64,000 nt of DNA, from positions 1 through 64,000 of the forward strand of contig NIVC01002283.1 of NCBI GenBank assembly GCA_002269645.1, given 5' to 3'. Position 1 is the first letter of the stretch. Each line of letters opens with the position of its first letter. The translations under genes and the position numbers were made by a program. Of this stretch, positions 23,044-35,815 are shown piece by piece. The DNA comes from Macrostomum lignano (Eukaryota). A model generated the notes under the pieces. The model was not told where the DNA came from, did no database searches, and saw only the letters and a program-made list of their open reading frames with translations.

Positions 23044-24604
23044 TCAGCTGAAGGTCACGCACAGCTGGCTGCCCTCGACAGCCGCCGGTCCGTCCAGGCG
23101 GCAGACGACGCAGCTGCCATCGGCTGAGCGCGCGGCGGCCAGCAGGCGCTGGACGGGGGGCAGCTGCGCGGCGCCAGCCTGCAGCAGCGCCACGGTGCCG
23201 TCCAGCACCAGCGGCTGGGACAGCTCGCGGCCGCAGCAGCGGGTCAGCGCGGGCCCGGAGCCGACGCCTCCCACCGACCAGCCGGGCCGCCTGTCCGGGC
23301 AGTCGATCTCCAGGGTCGTCGGCGCGGCTGCCCCCTTCTTGACGACCTCGGCCTCGGCCACCTCGAAGTCGACGTCGATGCCCTGCTTGTTGGCCGCCGC
23401 CACGGCGCCGACGAGGCCGCGCGATTCACCGCGAGTGGCCAGCGCGCCAGCCGCCGCCGCCGCTTGCAGCGGGCGGGCCAGGCGGGCCAGGGCGGCCGGG
23501 GCGCGGAGCCGCAGGCGCAGGCGGTCGCCGTTCGGTCCTGCGAGGCCGGCGGCGACTCCGGCTGCTGCCAGCTGCGCCAGTCGACGCGCCAGCAGTTGCC
23601 AGGCCGCGGTCTCCGGATTGGCGGCGAGGCCCTCGCCGTTGACGGCGCCGTGGACGCCCTCGCCGCGGGCCAGGCGGACGAACTGCTCGGCGATCTCCAC
23701 GGCGACGCGGCTCTGCGCCTCGATGGTGGAGGCGCCCAGGTGCGGGGTGGTCAGCACGCGCTCGTGCTGCAGTAGCCGGGCGTCCTGCGGCGGCTCCACG
23801 GCGAACACATCGAGACCGGCGCCGCCGCACTGGCCGGACTCGAGAGCGGCCAGCAGGTCGCCCTCCTGCACCAGGCCGCCGCGGGCAGCGTTGATGATGA
23901 AGACGCCGCGTCGGCAGCTGGCCAACACGCGGGCGTTGACGAGATTCTCCGTGTGCGGCAGCAGCGGGACGTGCAGCGTGACGGCGTCCGCCTCCGGCCA
24001 CAGCTTGTCGAGCTCCATCCACTCGACGCCGAACTCCTTGGCCTGCTCGGGCGTCACCATGGGTCGTAGCCGATGGTTCGCATGCCGAAGGCGCGCATCC
24101 GGTTGGCGACCTCGCGGCCGATGCGACCGAGTCCGACCACCGCCAGCGTCTTGCCGTGCAGCTCCGTGCCGAGGAATTTCTTCCGGTCCCAGCGGCCGGC
24201 GCGCATCGAGGCGTCGGCGAGGTGGACGCGGCGCGTGAGGCCGAGCAGCAGGGTGCAGGCGTGCTCAGCAGCCGAGACCGTGTTGCCTCCCGGCGCGTTC
24301 AGCACGAGGACGCCGCGCTCGCTGGCCGCGTTCAAGTCGATGTTGTCGACGCCAGTGCCGGCGCGGCCGACGACGCGCAGAGCCGTGGCGGCCTCGAGCA
24401 CCTGGCGGGTGACTTTGGTTGCCGACCGGACCACCAGGCCTTCGTAGCCACCGGAGGTCAGCTCGGCGATCAGGGCGTCGGGTGCCAGGCCGACCTTGAG
24501 CTGGGCGTCGATGCCGGCGTCGGCCAGGATGGCCACGCAGCGGGGTCGACGTCGTCACTCAGCAAGACGCGGCGGAGCGGGAACTGGACGGCGGATTCCG
24601 ACAT
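23044..24604 (-). CDS. PHGDH: D-3-phosphoglycerate dehydrogenase, intronless, ~520 aa after correcting two 1-bp frameshifts (~24543 and ~24062)
   Basis: [21 protein letters not shown]|[10 protein letters not shown]..[33 protein letters not shown]|[31 protein letters not shown] is the animal-type PHGDH. Each shift sits in a short G run on the + strand (24542-24545, 24061-24063). Confidence 0.93.
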
Positions 24605-25239
24605 TGTGCGAGGGTGCCGAGCACTTTTCTGGCTTAGAAAGAACTCACTAGAGAATGGAGAGAGAGAGAGAGAGAGACAAGAGAGGGCGCACCTCAGCGG
24701 GGTTCTATTTATGCGGCTCAGAGCGGCCGCCCCTCCGCGCTTTGCTGGCCCTCCGTACACGGCAGCCCGCAGCTCCACTTTTTTGGGCTTGGGGTTGCGG
24801 GGGGTGTCGGGCAGAGCAGGCGGAGAAACCCCCTGTCACGCACCGCGCGCGTGGCCGCACAGCCAATACGCAGCTGAAAAATTAGCAAGTTTTGCGATTC
24901 ATGTATTTTTATTTAAATGATCATGCCAGAGGGGTGGGGGGGGGGGGTTGAGCGTACTTGCCGTGCTGCTGTCATGTGGGGGGGGGGTTCTGGCCTGGGG
25001 GCTGCCTAGCGGAGGATTCTGCTACAATTGGAACCGGATTTTTCTCACGGCCGGTGTGCCGAGTGCGGCCAAGTACGAGTAATGAGCCCATAGTTTGGAA
25101 TCTGAACTTTCCTATCCTGAGACCGTGCGTCTGTCTCTGGAAATTTTTGCGTATTTGCTTTGGCACATCTCCAATTGAAGCATCTGACACAGAGCAGAGC
25201 GTTTGACACAGGGGTGTGCGAGTGTCCGAATGATAATCT

Positions 25240-27345
25240 GACACAGGGCCTATGGAATCTGACACAGGGCATAGGGAATCTAACACAGGGTCTAGGGAAT
25301 CTGACACAGGGTCTGGGGAATCTGACACAGGGTCTAGGAAATCTGACAGTGGGTCTAGGGAATCTGAAACGAAGTCTAGGAAATCTGACACAGGGTCTAG
25401 GGAATCTGACAGTGGGTCTAGGGAATCTGAAACGAAGTCTAGGAAATCTGACACACGGTCTAGGGAATCTGACACAGGGTCTAAGGAATCTGACACAGGG
25501 TCTAGGGAATCTGAAACGAAGTCTAGGAAATCTGACACAGGGAATAGGGAATCTGACACAGGGTCTAGGGAATCTGACACAGGGTCTAGGGAATCTGACA
25601 CAGGGTCTGGGGAATCTGAAACAGGGTCTCGGGAAGACACAGGGCCTAGGGAATCTGACACAGGGTCTAGGGAATCTGACACAGGGCATAGGGAATCTGA
25701 AACAGGGTCTGGGGAATCTGACACAGGGTCTAGGGAATCTGACACAGGGTCTAGGGAATCTGAAACCAAGTCTAGGAAATCTGACACAGGGTCAAGGGAA
25801 TCTGACACAGGGTCTAGGGAATCTGACACAGGGTCTAGGGAATCTGAAACCAAGTCTAGGAAATCTGACACAGGGTCTAGGGAATCTGACACAGGGCATA
25901 GGGAATCTGACACAGTGTCTAGGGAATCTGACACAGGGTCTAGGGAATCTGATACAGGGTCTAGGGAATCTGACACAGGGTCTAGGAAATCTGACAGTGG
26001 GTCTAGGGAATCTGAAACGAAGTCTAGGAAATCTGACACAGGGTCTAGGGAATCTGACAGTGGGTCTAGGGAATCTGAAACGAAGTCTAGGAAATCTGAC
26101 ACACGGTCTAGGGAATCTGACACAGGGTCTAAGGAATCTGACACAGGGTCTAGGGAATCTGAAACGAAGTCTAGGAAATCTGACACAGGGAATAGGGAAT
26201 CTGACACAGGGTCTAGGGAATCTGACACAGGGTCTAGGGAATCTGACACAGGGTCTGGGGAATCTGAAACAGGGTCTCGGGAAGACACAGGGCCTAGGGA
26301 ATCTGACACAGGGTCTAGGGAATCTGACACAGGGCATAGGGAATCTGAAACAGGGTCTGGGGAATCTGACACAGGGTCTAGGGAATCTGACACAGGGTCT
26401 AGGGAATCTGAAACCAAGTCTAGGAAATCTGACACAGGGTCAAGGGAATCTGACACAGGGTCTAGGGAATCTGACACAGGGTCTAGGGAATCTGAAACCA
26501 AGTCTAGGAAATCTGACACAGGGTCTAGGGAATCTGACACAGGGCATAGGGAATCTGACACAGTGTCTAGGGAATCTGACACAGGGTCTAGGGAATCTGA
26601 TACAGGGTCTAGGGAATCTGACACAGGGTCTAGGGAATCTGACACAGGGTCTTGGGAATCTGACAAGGGTCTCGGGAAGACACAGGGCCTAGGGAATCTG
26701 ACACAGGGCCTAGGGAATCTGACACAGAGACTAGGGAATCTGACACAGCGACTAGGGAATCTGACACAGCGACTAGGGAATCTGACACAGGGCCTAGGGA
26801 ATCTGACACAGAGACTAGGGAATCTGACACAGCGACTAGGGAATCTGACACAGCGACTAGGGAATCTGACACAAGGCCTAGGGAATCTGACACAGCCTAG
26901 GGAATCTGACAAAAAGTCTATGGAATCTGACACAGAGCCTAGGGAATCTGACACAGGGCATAGGGAATCTGACACAGGGTCTAGGGAATCTGACACAAAG
27001 TCTAGGGAATCTGACACAAGGCCTAGGGAATCTGACACAGGGTCTAAGGAATCTGACACAAGGCCTAGGGAATCTGACACAGGGTCTTGGGAATCTGACA
27101 CAGGGTCTTGGGAAGACACAGGGCCTAGGGAATCTGACACAGGGCCTAGGGAATCTGACACAGGGCCTAGGGAATCTGACACAGGGCCTAGGGAATCTGA
27201 CACAGGGCTTAGGGAATCGACACAGGGCCTAGGGAATCTGACACAGGGCCTAGGGAATCTGACACAGGGCCTAGGGAATCTGACACAGGGCCTAGGGAAT
27301 CTGACACAGGGCTTAGGGAATCGACACAGGGCCTAGGGAATCTGA
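25240..27345. repeat. 21-bp minisatellite (GGGTCTAGGGAATCTGACACA), 2.1 kb, with a 648-bp higher-order duplication
   Basis: Diagnostic variants recur exactly 648 bp apart (25333/25981, 25951/26599). Confidence 0.98.
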
Positions 27346-27867
27346 GATTTCTAATTTTTAGCTTCTGCTTTCTCCAACAAATTTTCACAAGACTGCGCAG
27401 AGCTCTGCAGCCTAACTGCTTTGTTCGCTGGGCCTGCCTGACTCGAGTGACTGGGGCCGCTCTGTACGCACAGCCGGCTGGCGTTCGCCTGTTTGAGCCG
27501 GGGGCATGTCACGTGACCAGACAGCCACCCCAGCCGGCGGGCGGGAAAGGCCGGAAAACCCGGTGGGGTCGGTGGCGGGCGGGGGGGCAGACCGGCAAAG
27601 TCCGAGGCAGTGCAGAATTTCCACTTCAGAATCGAGGCCGAATTACATGGAAATTCCATAACTGAGACTCGGCTGCGGCATCAGGAGCGGCCGAATTCAT
27701 TGTGAAAAGATTTCGCACTTTATTTTTCTTTTTAGGTCGTTTTCTAAACAAAACCGTTTGCACGGAGCTTTTGGTCTTTGGCAAGTGGAATTTTCTGCGA
27801 ATTTTCCTGGCTCGGATGGCGCAGTACAGAATGACCTTCAGAATCCTGCCTTCATCACTGCCTTAGA

Positions 27868-28265
<398 letters not shown>

Positions 28266-28861
28266 AGAGTCCAATCATTTGCTTTCTATATGTCAATGGT
28301 GTGACCTTGAGCAAACCTCAGCCGACATCGCTTTTAGAAACTGAAAGAAAGAATTCTGTCTGTGGCAATCAGCGCGGGATACAAAGGCATGGCAACAATC
28401 ACGCGCAACTTCCGCACAAGCTCGGTGCGTCGGCAATTCAGCTGATGGCTGCCGGACTGACTGGAAGGAGCCGAGAAGCCGTTGCCTTTTGCCTGACTCC
28501 CGACAGAGCGCGCGGACTATGCCGGCTCCGAGGCCGGGCCGGAGAGGTAGCGGAGGCCGCAGGGCCTCGGGTGGCAACTCCAAGGAAGCCGGCAACTCAG
28601 CAATGCCGCAGCCACCGCCACCACCGCAGCCACCGCCACCACCGATGCTGATGCCGGTTGTGGAGCCGGCAGCTCTGGTGCTAATCGTGTTCCGGGCGCC
28701 CAGGAAACACTTCAGACAGTTGCTGTGGCAGCTCATTGGAGAAGGTAGGGGCTTCAGTGCAGCTGAATTGAAGACTTCGGGAGGCCGACGGGGGCTGCAT
28801 GTTCTGCGAGTCCAACGCTAGCATCTCGTGATTTTATGTTTGTAAGGCCAGCTGAGGAAAG

Positions 28862-29941
28862 TGCTTTATCTGCCAGTCCACGGAGGGGTTGAGGTGTGAG
28901 TGCCTGTCCACGGAGGGGTTGAGGTGTGAGTGCCTGTCCACGGAGGGGTTGAGGTGTGAGTGCCTGTCCACGGAGGGGTTGGGGTGTGAGTGCCAGCAGT
29001 CTACGGAGGGGTTGGGGTGTGAGTGCCTGTCCACGGAGGGGTTGGGGTGTGAGTGCCAGCAGTCCATGGAGGGGTTGGGGTGTGAGTGCCAGCAGTCCAT
29101 GGAGGGGTTGGGGTGTGAGTGCCAGCAGTCCACGGAGGGGTTGGGGTGTGAGTGCCAGCAGTCCACGGAGGGGTTGGGGTGTGAGTGCCAGCAGTCTACG
29201 GAAGGGTTGGGGTGTGAGTGCCAGCAGTCCACGGAGGGGTTGGGGTGTGAGTGCCAGTCCACGGAGGGGTTGGGGTGTGAGTGCCTGTCCACGGAGGGGT
29301 TGGGGTGTGAGTGCCAGTCCACGGAGGGGTTGGGGTGTGAGTGCCAGCAGTCTACGGAGGGGTTGGGGTGTGAGTGCCAGCAGTCCATGGAGGGGTTGGG
29401 GTGTGAGTGCCAGCAGTCCATGGAGGGGTTGGGGTGTGAGTGCCAGCAGTCCACGGAGGGGTTGGGGTGTGAGTGCCTGTCCACGGAGGGGTTGGGGTGT
29501 GAGTGCCTGTCCACGGAGGGGTTGGGGTGTGAGTGCCAGTCCACGGAGGGGTTGGGGTGTGAGTGCCTGTCCACGGAGGGGTTGAGGTGTGAGTGCCTGT
29601 CCACGGAGGGGTTGAGGTGTGAGTGCCTGTCCACGGAGGGGTTGGGTGTGAGTGCCAGTCCACGGAGGGGTTGAGGTGTGAGTGCCTGTCTACGGAGGGG
29701 TTGAGGTGTGAGTGCCAGTCCACGGAGGGGTTGGGGTGTGAGTGCCAGTCCACGGAGGGGTTGAGGTGTGAGTGCCTTCCACGGAGGGGTTGAGGTGTGA
29801 GTGCCTGTCCATGGAGGGGTTGGGGTGTGAGTGCCAGTCCACGGAGGGGTTGGGTGTGAGTGCCTGTCCACGGAGGGGTTGGGGTGTGAGTGCCTGTCCA
29901 CGGAGGGGTTGGGGTGTGAGTGCCAGTCCACGGAGGGGTTA
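28862..29941. repeat. 30/33-bp G-rich minisatellite (CCACGGAGGGGTTGGGGTGTGAGTGCC[TGT/AGCAGT])
   Basis: About 35 units with GGGG tracts on the + strand. Confidence 0.97.
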
Positions 29942-30339
29942 GGGAGTGCGGGCCCGATGGTATATGCATGTACAAATGCATCACAGGGTTGAAAACCACT
30001 TTATTTTGGTTAACATTTGCTTACCATTCATATTAGCACATTGCTTGATGCAATATCGGACTCAAAATTGCAGAGGCCGGGTTTTGTGTGCGTAGAAGCG
30101 AGAATGGCGTTTTAACTTGGTGGGTGAAAAGTGAAAGGTCGTTGGAGCTGTTACGCTGTAGTACGGTACTGTGTTTGACAATTAGGCTGCGGAAAATGAT
30201 TGAAAAATACGAAATTCAGGGAAGGGGCCCCGGAGAGAGAGGGAGGGAAGGGTGCGACTCTTGTTTTAAGCTCGTGTGGCTTCAGTCTTGCCTGTTTTGT
30301 TGAGCTCATAGGCATTATAGCCAATAGTTAATTATAAGA

Positions 30340-30585
30340 ATGCAGCAGGCTGACATGGACTCAGAGCAGCTCAAGGAGTTGGACGGCGTGGCGCTGCAGG
30401 CGAGAGCGGCATTCTGGATGTCAGTCTGCACGCTCCTGATGCTACTATTGCTGCTGGCGGTGTTCGTGCTGCGTCACTGCTACGGGCGTGGCCGAGGACA
30501 CTGGTGCTGGCTGGAGCGCCGGAAGAGAGCAGGGCAGCGGCAGGAGACGGACGCGGAGGAGATACCGATCGAGACGGATCTGTAG
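30340..30585 (+). CDS. 81-aa single-pass membrane protein ORF (may be a terminal exon)
   Basis: Coding-like GC content; hydrophobic stretch AAFWMSVCTLLMLLLLLAVFVL followed by basic RHCYGRGRG and an acidic tail. An AG just before the ATG could be an acceptor. Confidence 0.55.
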   Translation: MQQADMDSEQLKELDGVALQARAAFWMSVCTLLMLLLLLAVFVLRHCYGRGRGHWCWLERRKRAGQRQETDAEEIPIETDL

Positions 30586-30844
30586 TGAAGACTTGCAAAT
30601 TTCCGGGCTTTCGTAATCGCGCGGGATCCAGCGAATCAAAAATCCGGATTTTCTGACGCTCAGAAAATAAGTTCAGACTTTTCTGCTTAACTGTTGATTA
30701 ACTTCAACATTCCTCCTCCTATAGCTTTTTTGAAACTACATGAATACCTGTTCGGAAACATAAGCGAATAATATAGTGTAATAAATAAAATAGTATTACG
30801 AGTAATAAAACTATTCATTGAATTAAAATTATTTCCAAATCTAC

Positions 30845-31470
30845 TCTATCTCTTGCTGGGCAGCCCCTGTCTCTTGCTTGTCGTCCCTGTCTCTTGCTGG
30901 ACAGCCCCTGTCTCTTGCTGGACAGCCCCTGTCTCTTGCTGGGCAGCCCCTGTCTCTTGCTGGACAGCCCCTGTCTCTTGCTGGGCAGCCCCTGTCTCTT
31001 GCTTGTCGTCCCTGTCTCTTGCTGGGCAGCCCCTGTCTCTTGCTTGTCGTCCCTGTCTCTTGCTGGGCAGCCCCTGTCTCTTGCTGGACAGCCCCTGTCT
31101 CTTGCTTGTCGTCCCTGTCTCTTGCTTGTCGTCCCTGTCTCTTGCTTGTCGTCCCTGTCTCTTGCTTGTCGTCCCTGTCTCTTGCTTGTCGTCCCTGTCT
31201 CTTGCTTGTCGTCCCTGTCTCTTGCTTGTCGTCCCTGTCTCTTGCTTGTCGTCCCTGTCTCTTGCTTGTCGTCCCTGTCTCTTGCTGGACAGCCCCTGTC
31301 TCTTGCTGGGCAGCCCCTGTCTCTTGCTGGACAGCCCCTAGCCTGTCTCTTACTGGGCAGCCCCTGTCTCTTGCTGGGCAGCCCCTGTCTCTTGCTGGGC
31401 AGCCCCTGTCTCTTGCTGGACAGCCCCTGTCTCTTGCTGGGCAGCCCCTGTCTCTTGCTGGGCGACCCTA
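30845..31470. repeat. 21-bp minisatellite (CCCCTGTCTCTTGCTGGGCAG / TCCCTGTCTCTTGCTTGTCG)
   Basis: About 30 units of two variants. Confidence 0.97.
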
Positions 31471-31800
31471 CTCTTATCTCCCCTATGATCTCCTGGGCCA
31501 GGTGGATGCCCTGCATTGCCATGTCTAAGAGGTTGCAGAAGTTGAGCTCCTGTCATTCGTTTAGCTTGGTCGCCTCTTTCATTTAGTTTTAATTCAGTAG
31601 GTGCAGTAGGCAGCAGTCCACCGGGGGGGGGGGTTAAAATGGAGTGACATGCAGAAAATTTCCACAAGTAGAGTTAACTAGTGAAGAGCTCGCCAAAGTT
31701 ACAAGGCAAGCATTCAACATCAACACCCCGCTCCCGACCAGGCGCGTTGGCCCGCAACGAATGCTACAGTCCGCGTAACCTGAATCGTTGGACGCTCAGC

Positions 31801-32052
31801 ATGGCAACCAAAGTCCGCTACACTGAACCACTCGGCGCGGCGATGCGAACGATTTCTCAGAGACTGCGGCTGGTCAGCAACGGGCCGGTGGCTTTCTGCT
31901 TGGACGGATTCTATCACGGCGCTGCCGAATTTGGCAACATCTTTGGCGAGGACGTCGCGCCTAAGATGCTGTTAACACCGGGAGCTACACCGGCTGGCCT
32001 GCGGCTCTGCAACGGTGACAACATCTTCATGTCTGTGCAGCACTCAGAGTAA
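31801..32052 (+). CDS. 83-aa ORF with a SUMO/Rad60-SLD-like ubiquitin-fold pattern, no C-terminal di-Gly
   Basis: KVRYTEPL..M..ISQR....VAFCLDG....TPAGLRLCNGDNIFM follows the SUMO pattern (KVKMTTHL..F.FEG..TPKELGMEEEDVI) by eye. The frame is open from 31681 and the start is uncertain. Confidence 0.45.
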   Translation: MATKVRYTEPLGAAMRTISQRLRLVSNGPVAFCLDGFYHGAAEFGNIFGEDVAPKMLLTPGATPAGLRLCNGDNIFMSVQHSE

Positions 32053-33373
32053 CGTGCTGGATAACAACCAAGAAATCAATTGATCAAAATTTAAATTTCA
32101 TTTTCTGTTGTTGTTTTGTGCTTTTCAGAAAAAATAAATTTTCGAATTTTCTGTGTGGACTGATCGAAGATCAGGTAAGAGGTACTAAAACTGCTAAAAA
32201 TGAAAAATCTTTTAAAAATCTCTTTTGTGTGTTCATAGTCATGGTTTCGTCTCATTGAAGATGCCGCGACGAAGGCTGAATGACGACCGAATGCTTGAGA
32301 AACTAGTTGAAAATAGTTGAGGTTGAGGTTTGCTTATTATTGAAGCTTGAAAAGAAAAATTTGACATATATAGTTGCAACAGGACGTCCTAGTCACCTGG
32401 TGCCATCTGCTGAGGGTGCCCACGGCGTCGGGGTGATGACTGAATGCTTGAGAGACTAGCTGAGAATTTTCAGCAGTTGAGGTTTGCCCACTGTCGAGGC
32501 TTGATCAGCGAAACTAGAGAAATTCGCACAGGATGCAGTTCATAGTCACCTGGTGCCAACCTGTTGAAGGTCCAGAAGCTCCGCCTTGGTGAAGGCCAGT
32601 GATCAACAAAGTCAGAGCTGATGCAGACACGTGTGGTCGACGTGCTGATGAAATTTTGAGGCTTGGCAAGGCTGAACCGAGGCGCTGTGCTGATTGGCGC
32701 ACAAGGGTGTACTGAATACACTGGCGCTTATGGGAAAAATCCGACCTTCTCGCAGAATCGTCGAATATCTCGACGGTCCGGAGGGCTGGCGACTTGATTC
32801 TTTTTTTGAGAAGGTGCGCAACAAAAAGTCAGCTCGTGCTCTTGAATTTCATGTGCCTGCGTTGTTCCGTTCCGGCGCAGCGAACCCTCCCCCCACCCCC
32901 TTTTTGGTACATACTTCGACAGGCGGAAAGTGGCTAATTGCAGTATTCCTACTGTAAAATCGCTGCTCACAAAAATTGCATTTGAATTTGGTTACAATAA
33001 ATAGATTCAATGATAATATACAGATATAGATTTACATATACGCGGGCATTATGAGGGTAGCTACAGGTTAGGGAATTGTCATTGTGGGTAGCAGTCAGTT
33101 CACTTGTTGAGAGTTGAGTATCACCAGCTAGCAGTGCCGCACTTTACTAAAGAATTAATTATCAAAAGTTAAATGATGACTGTCTGCACTGATCAGATTT
33201 GGAATCCTGTTAAGGCTGCATGGACCACACCCATGGTATGTCGTATGAGCGTCGAGCAACAACCAACTTTCGTTCGCTACTCATATTTTGGCTAAATCTT
33301 CCAGGAGTTATTTATAGCCTTGCGGGTTTGGTGATGTGGATCGTGTGGACGTGCATAATTTAGTAGATGATTG

Positions 33374-33547
33374 TGTAATGAACGCGCAACCGAGAGATAC
33401 GTGTATTATTCAAGAGTGCCAAAAAGCATATTATATAGAGGGGCGAGGGGGCTGAGCAATCGATAGCAACGTACATGATTGGGGGACGGGGCGGCTGGGG
33501 CGCAGATGTGCGTACAATAAATTATAGTTACAAGTGCATCACTGACA
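33374..33547 (-). repeat. 3' LTR of the Gypsy element
   Basis: Direct repeat of 38566-38743; PPT abuts it at 33548-33557. Confidence 0.97.
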
Positions 33548-34062
33548 TCTCTCTTCTAATAGCAAAAATCGAGAGGAATTAAAATCAATTGTTCGAAGAA
33601 TTATCACTAGTCACTCCTTTCTAATAGCAAAAATCGAGAGGAATTAAAATCAATTGTTCGAAGAATTATCACTAATCACTCCTTTCTAATAGCAAAAATC
33701 GAGAGGAATTAAAATCAATTGTTCGAAGAATTATCACTAATCACTCCTTTCTAATAGCAAAAATCGAGAGGAATTAAAATCAATTGTTCGAAGAATTATC
33801 ACTAATCACTCCTTTCTAATAGCAAAAATCGAGAGGAATTAAAATCAATTGTTCGAAGAATTATCACTAATCACTCCTTTCTAATAGCAAAAATCGAGAG
33901 GAATTAAAATCAATTGTTCGAAGAATTATCACTAATCACTCCTTTCTAATAGCAAAAATCGAGAGGAATTAAAATCAATTGTTCGAAGAATTATAACTAA
34001 TCACTCCTTTCTAATAGCAAAAAACGAGAGGAAATAAAATCAATTTCTCGAAGGAATTATCG
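33548..34062. repeat. 65-bp tandem repeat x8 in the element's 3' UTR, including the PPT
   Basis: Units start at 33611, 33676, 33741, 33806, 33871, 33936 and 34001, plus the PPT-bearing unit at the LTR edge. Confidence 0.96.
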
Positions 34063-34304
34063 CTTCCAAAACATTTCATTATTTGCGCATTAGGCATGTG
34101 CGAGAACTCAAAAAAAATATTTCTATTAAAACAAATGCAAAAATTAATTTTTTTCAATATTTTTAGACAAAAAAAATCAACAGCGAAATTCGATTTAGAT
34201 AAGGAATAAAAATATTTGGAATATTTTCTCAGCAACAAAATCAGCGGATTAATTGAAAATCCATGTTACAGTCCTTGAAAACAAACAGTCACTGTCCTTA
34301 TCAC

Positions 34305-35815
34305 TCACACGTCTTGTCTGTAGCGGAGGCGGAATGCCTTTGTGGCCCTGGCAGAGCGGCGCAGTGGCTCTTCAGGCTCCGCAAGGTCTGATGCCGCCAA
34401 CTCATCGCCGGCCGGAGCCGCCTGGGCCGCCCGCTGGACGTCTTCGGCTTCAGCAGTGGACTGCTGCGGCGGCACTGGTCGCAGGTCCCGGCGATTGCGA
34501 ATCAGCTCCCTGCCGCTTTGATTCAGCAGTCGGTAGTTGCGGTGCTCCGGGTCAGCTTGCGTCACAACAGCTGGCTCCCATCTGAAACCATGCCGAAAAC
34601 GAACTGCATCTCCCTGATTCAGTGTTGAGAGCGGTCGGGCTTGCTGGTCGTAGTGCCGTTTTTGAGCAGCCTGCAGTGGGGCTTTAGAGAATCCGGTTGT
34701 TCTGTCTTTGAGCAGCGCCTCCTCACCTGCTGGCAGCTTCGTACGAATCAACAGACCGAACATGAGGTCGCTGGGGCTGGTGCTCGTACCGCTAATTGGT
34801 GAAGCTCGATATTCCATTAGCGCAATTTCAGGCTGATCAGCTTTCCTCAGGATGCTCTTTGCCACTTTGACTGCCTTTTCAGCCATCCCGTTGGACTGTG
34901 GATATCCGGGTGACGAGCGCGTGTGCACGAAACCAAACTGTGCAGCAAACTCTTGAAACTTAAACGAGCTGAATGGGGGCCCATTGTCACTGACCAGCTC
35001 TTCGACGATACCGAACCTGGCGAACATCGACTTAATTCGAGCAATCACTAGGTCAGCTCCAGATTGTTGACCTAACTTTGCCAGTTCGATAAAGGTAACG
35101 ACTAGCCACTTGTCACCATTGAAGTCCAGCAGATCACAACCAACCTTGGTCCATGGTGCATTCGGAATCTGATGGTTCAACAGCGGTTCCTTTGGGTTGG
35201 CCGGCTGAAACGTTTGACAGGTGCTGCAGTTCTTCACGAAGTTCTTAATGTCCGCTGACATGCCTGGCCAGTACAGAATTTGACGAGCTCGGGCCTCCGT
35301 CTTGCCCGCGCCAGCATGACCTTCGTGTAAAATTTGCAGAATCTTCTGCCGCAACGATGCTGGAACAATAACGCGGTCCAACTTCATCAGCACGCCATCA
35401 TTGTAGGTCAAGTCCTCCTTGAAGCTCCAATATGGACGGACAGAGTGGCAAATGTTCCGAAAGTTGCTTGGCCAACCCGTCAGAAGACTCAGAACAAACC
35501 GGGCTACAGAACTTAAGTCCGAATCTTTGCGGGTCTCGTCTCGGATTTCTTGCAAACGAATGGCGGAAATCGGGAGGCTCTTGCTCATTTGATGCACCTC
35601 CACCTCAATTTCGTCGTCTAGAGCAGCCTCGGCCTCCGGAAGGTAAGCTCTTGAAAGCGTATCGGCAATCAGCATCTTGGATCCCGGTGCCCAGGATACA
35701 CGCAGATTATATCTTTTGAGTTGGTACAGCATTCGAGCAATGCGTGGCGGAACATGCAACAAGTCACGCTTAAAAATAACCTCCAGGGGCTTGTGGTCTG
35801 TAGTCACTCGTACTA
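34305..35815 (-). CDS. Gypsy pol 3' part: end of RNase H and integrase
   Basis: TDHKPL, HHCC zinc finger (LHEGHAG..CSTCQ), GCDLLDF, SDNGPPFSS and SNGMAEKAV. Confidence 0.93.

Noticed and set aside
23044-24604. Bacterial horizontal transfer of serA suggested by the intronless, very GC-rich PHGDH
   Set aside because: Sequence motifs and C-terminal layout follow the animal enzyme, and other host genes here have equally long GC-rich exons.
24972-27336. Very long ORFs (743, 694, 510 aa) resembling Ser/Asp-rich or LRR-like repeat proteins
   Set aside because: They are translations of the 21-bp minisatellite, open on both strands because the unit lacks stops; no splice or domain context.
33548-34062. 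CRISPR-like appearance of the 65-bp array (also the 77-, 49- and 40-bp arrays)
   Set aside because: Units are head-to-tail with no unique spacers, no cas genes are present, and the context is eukaryotic.
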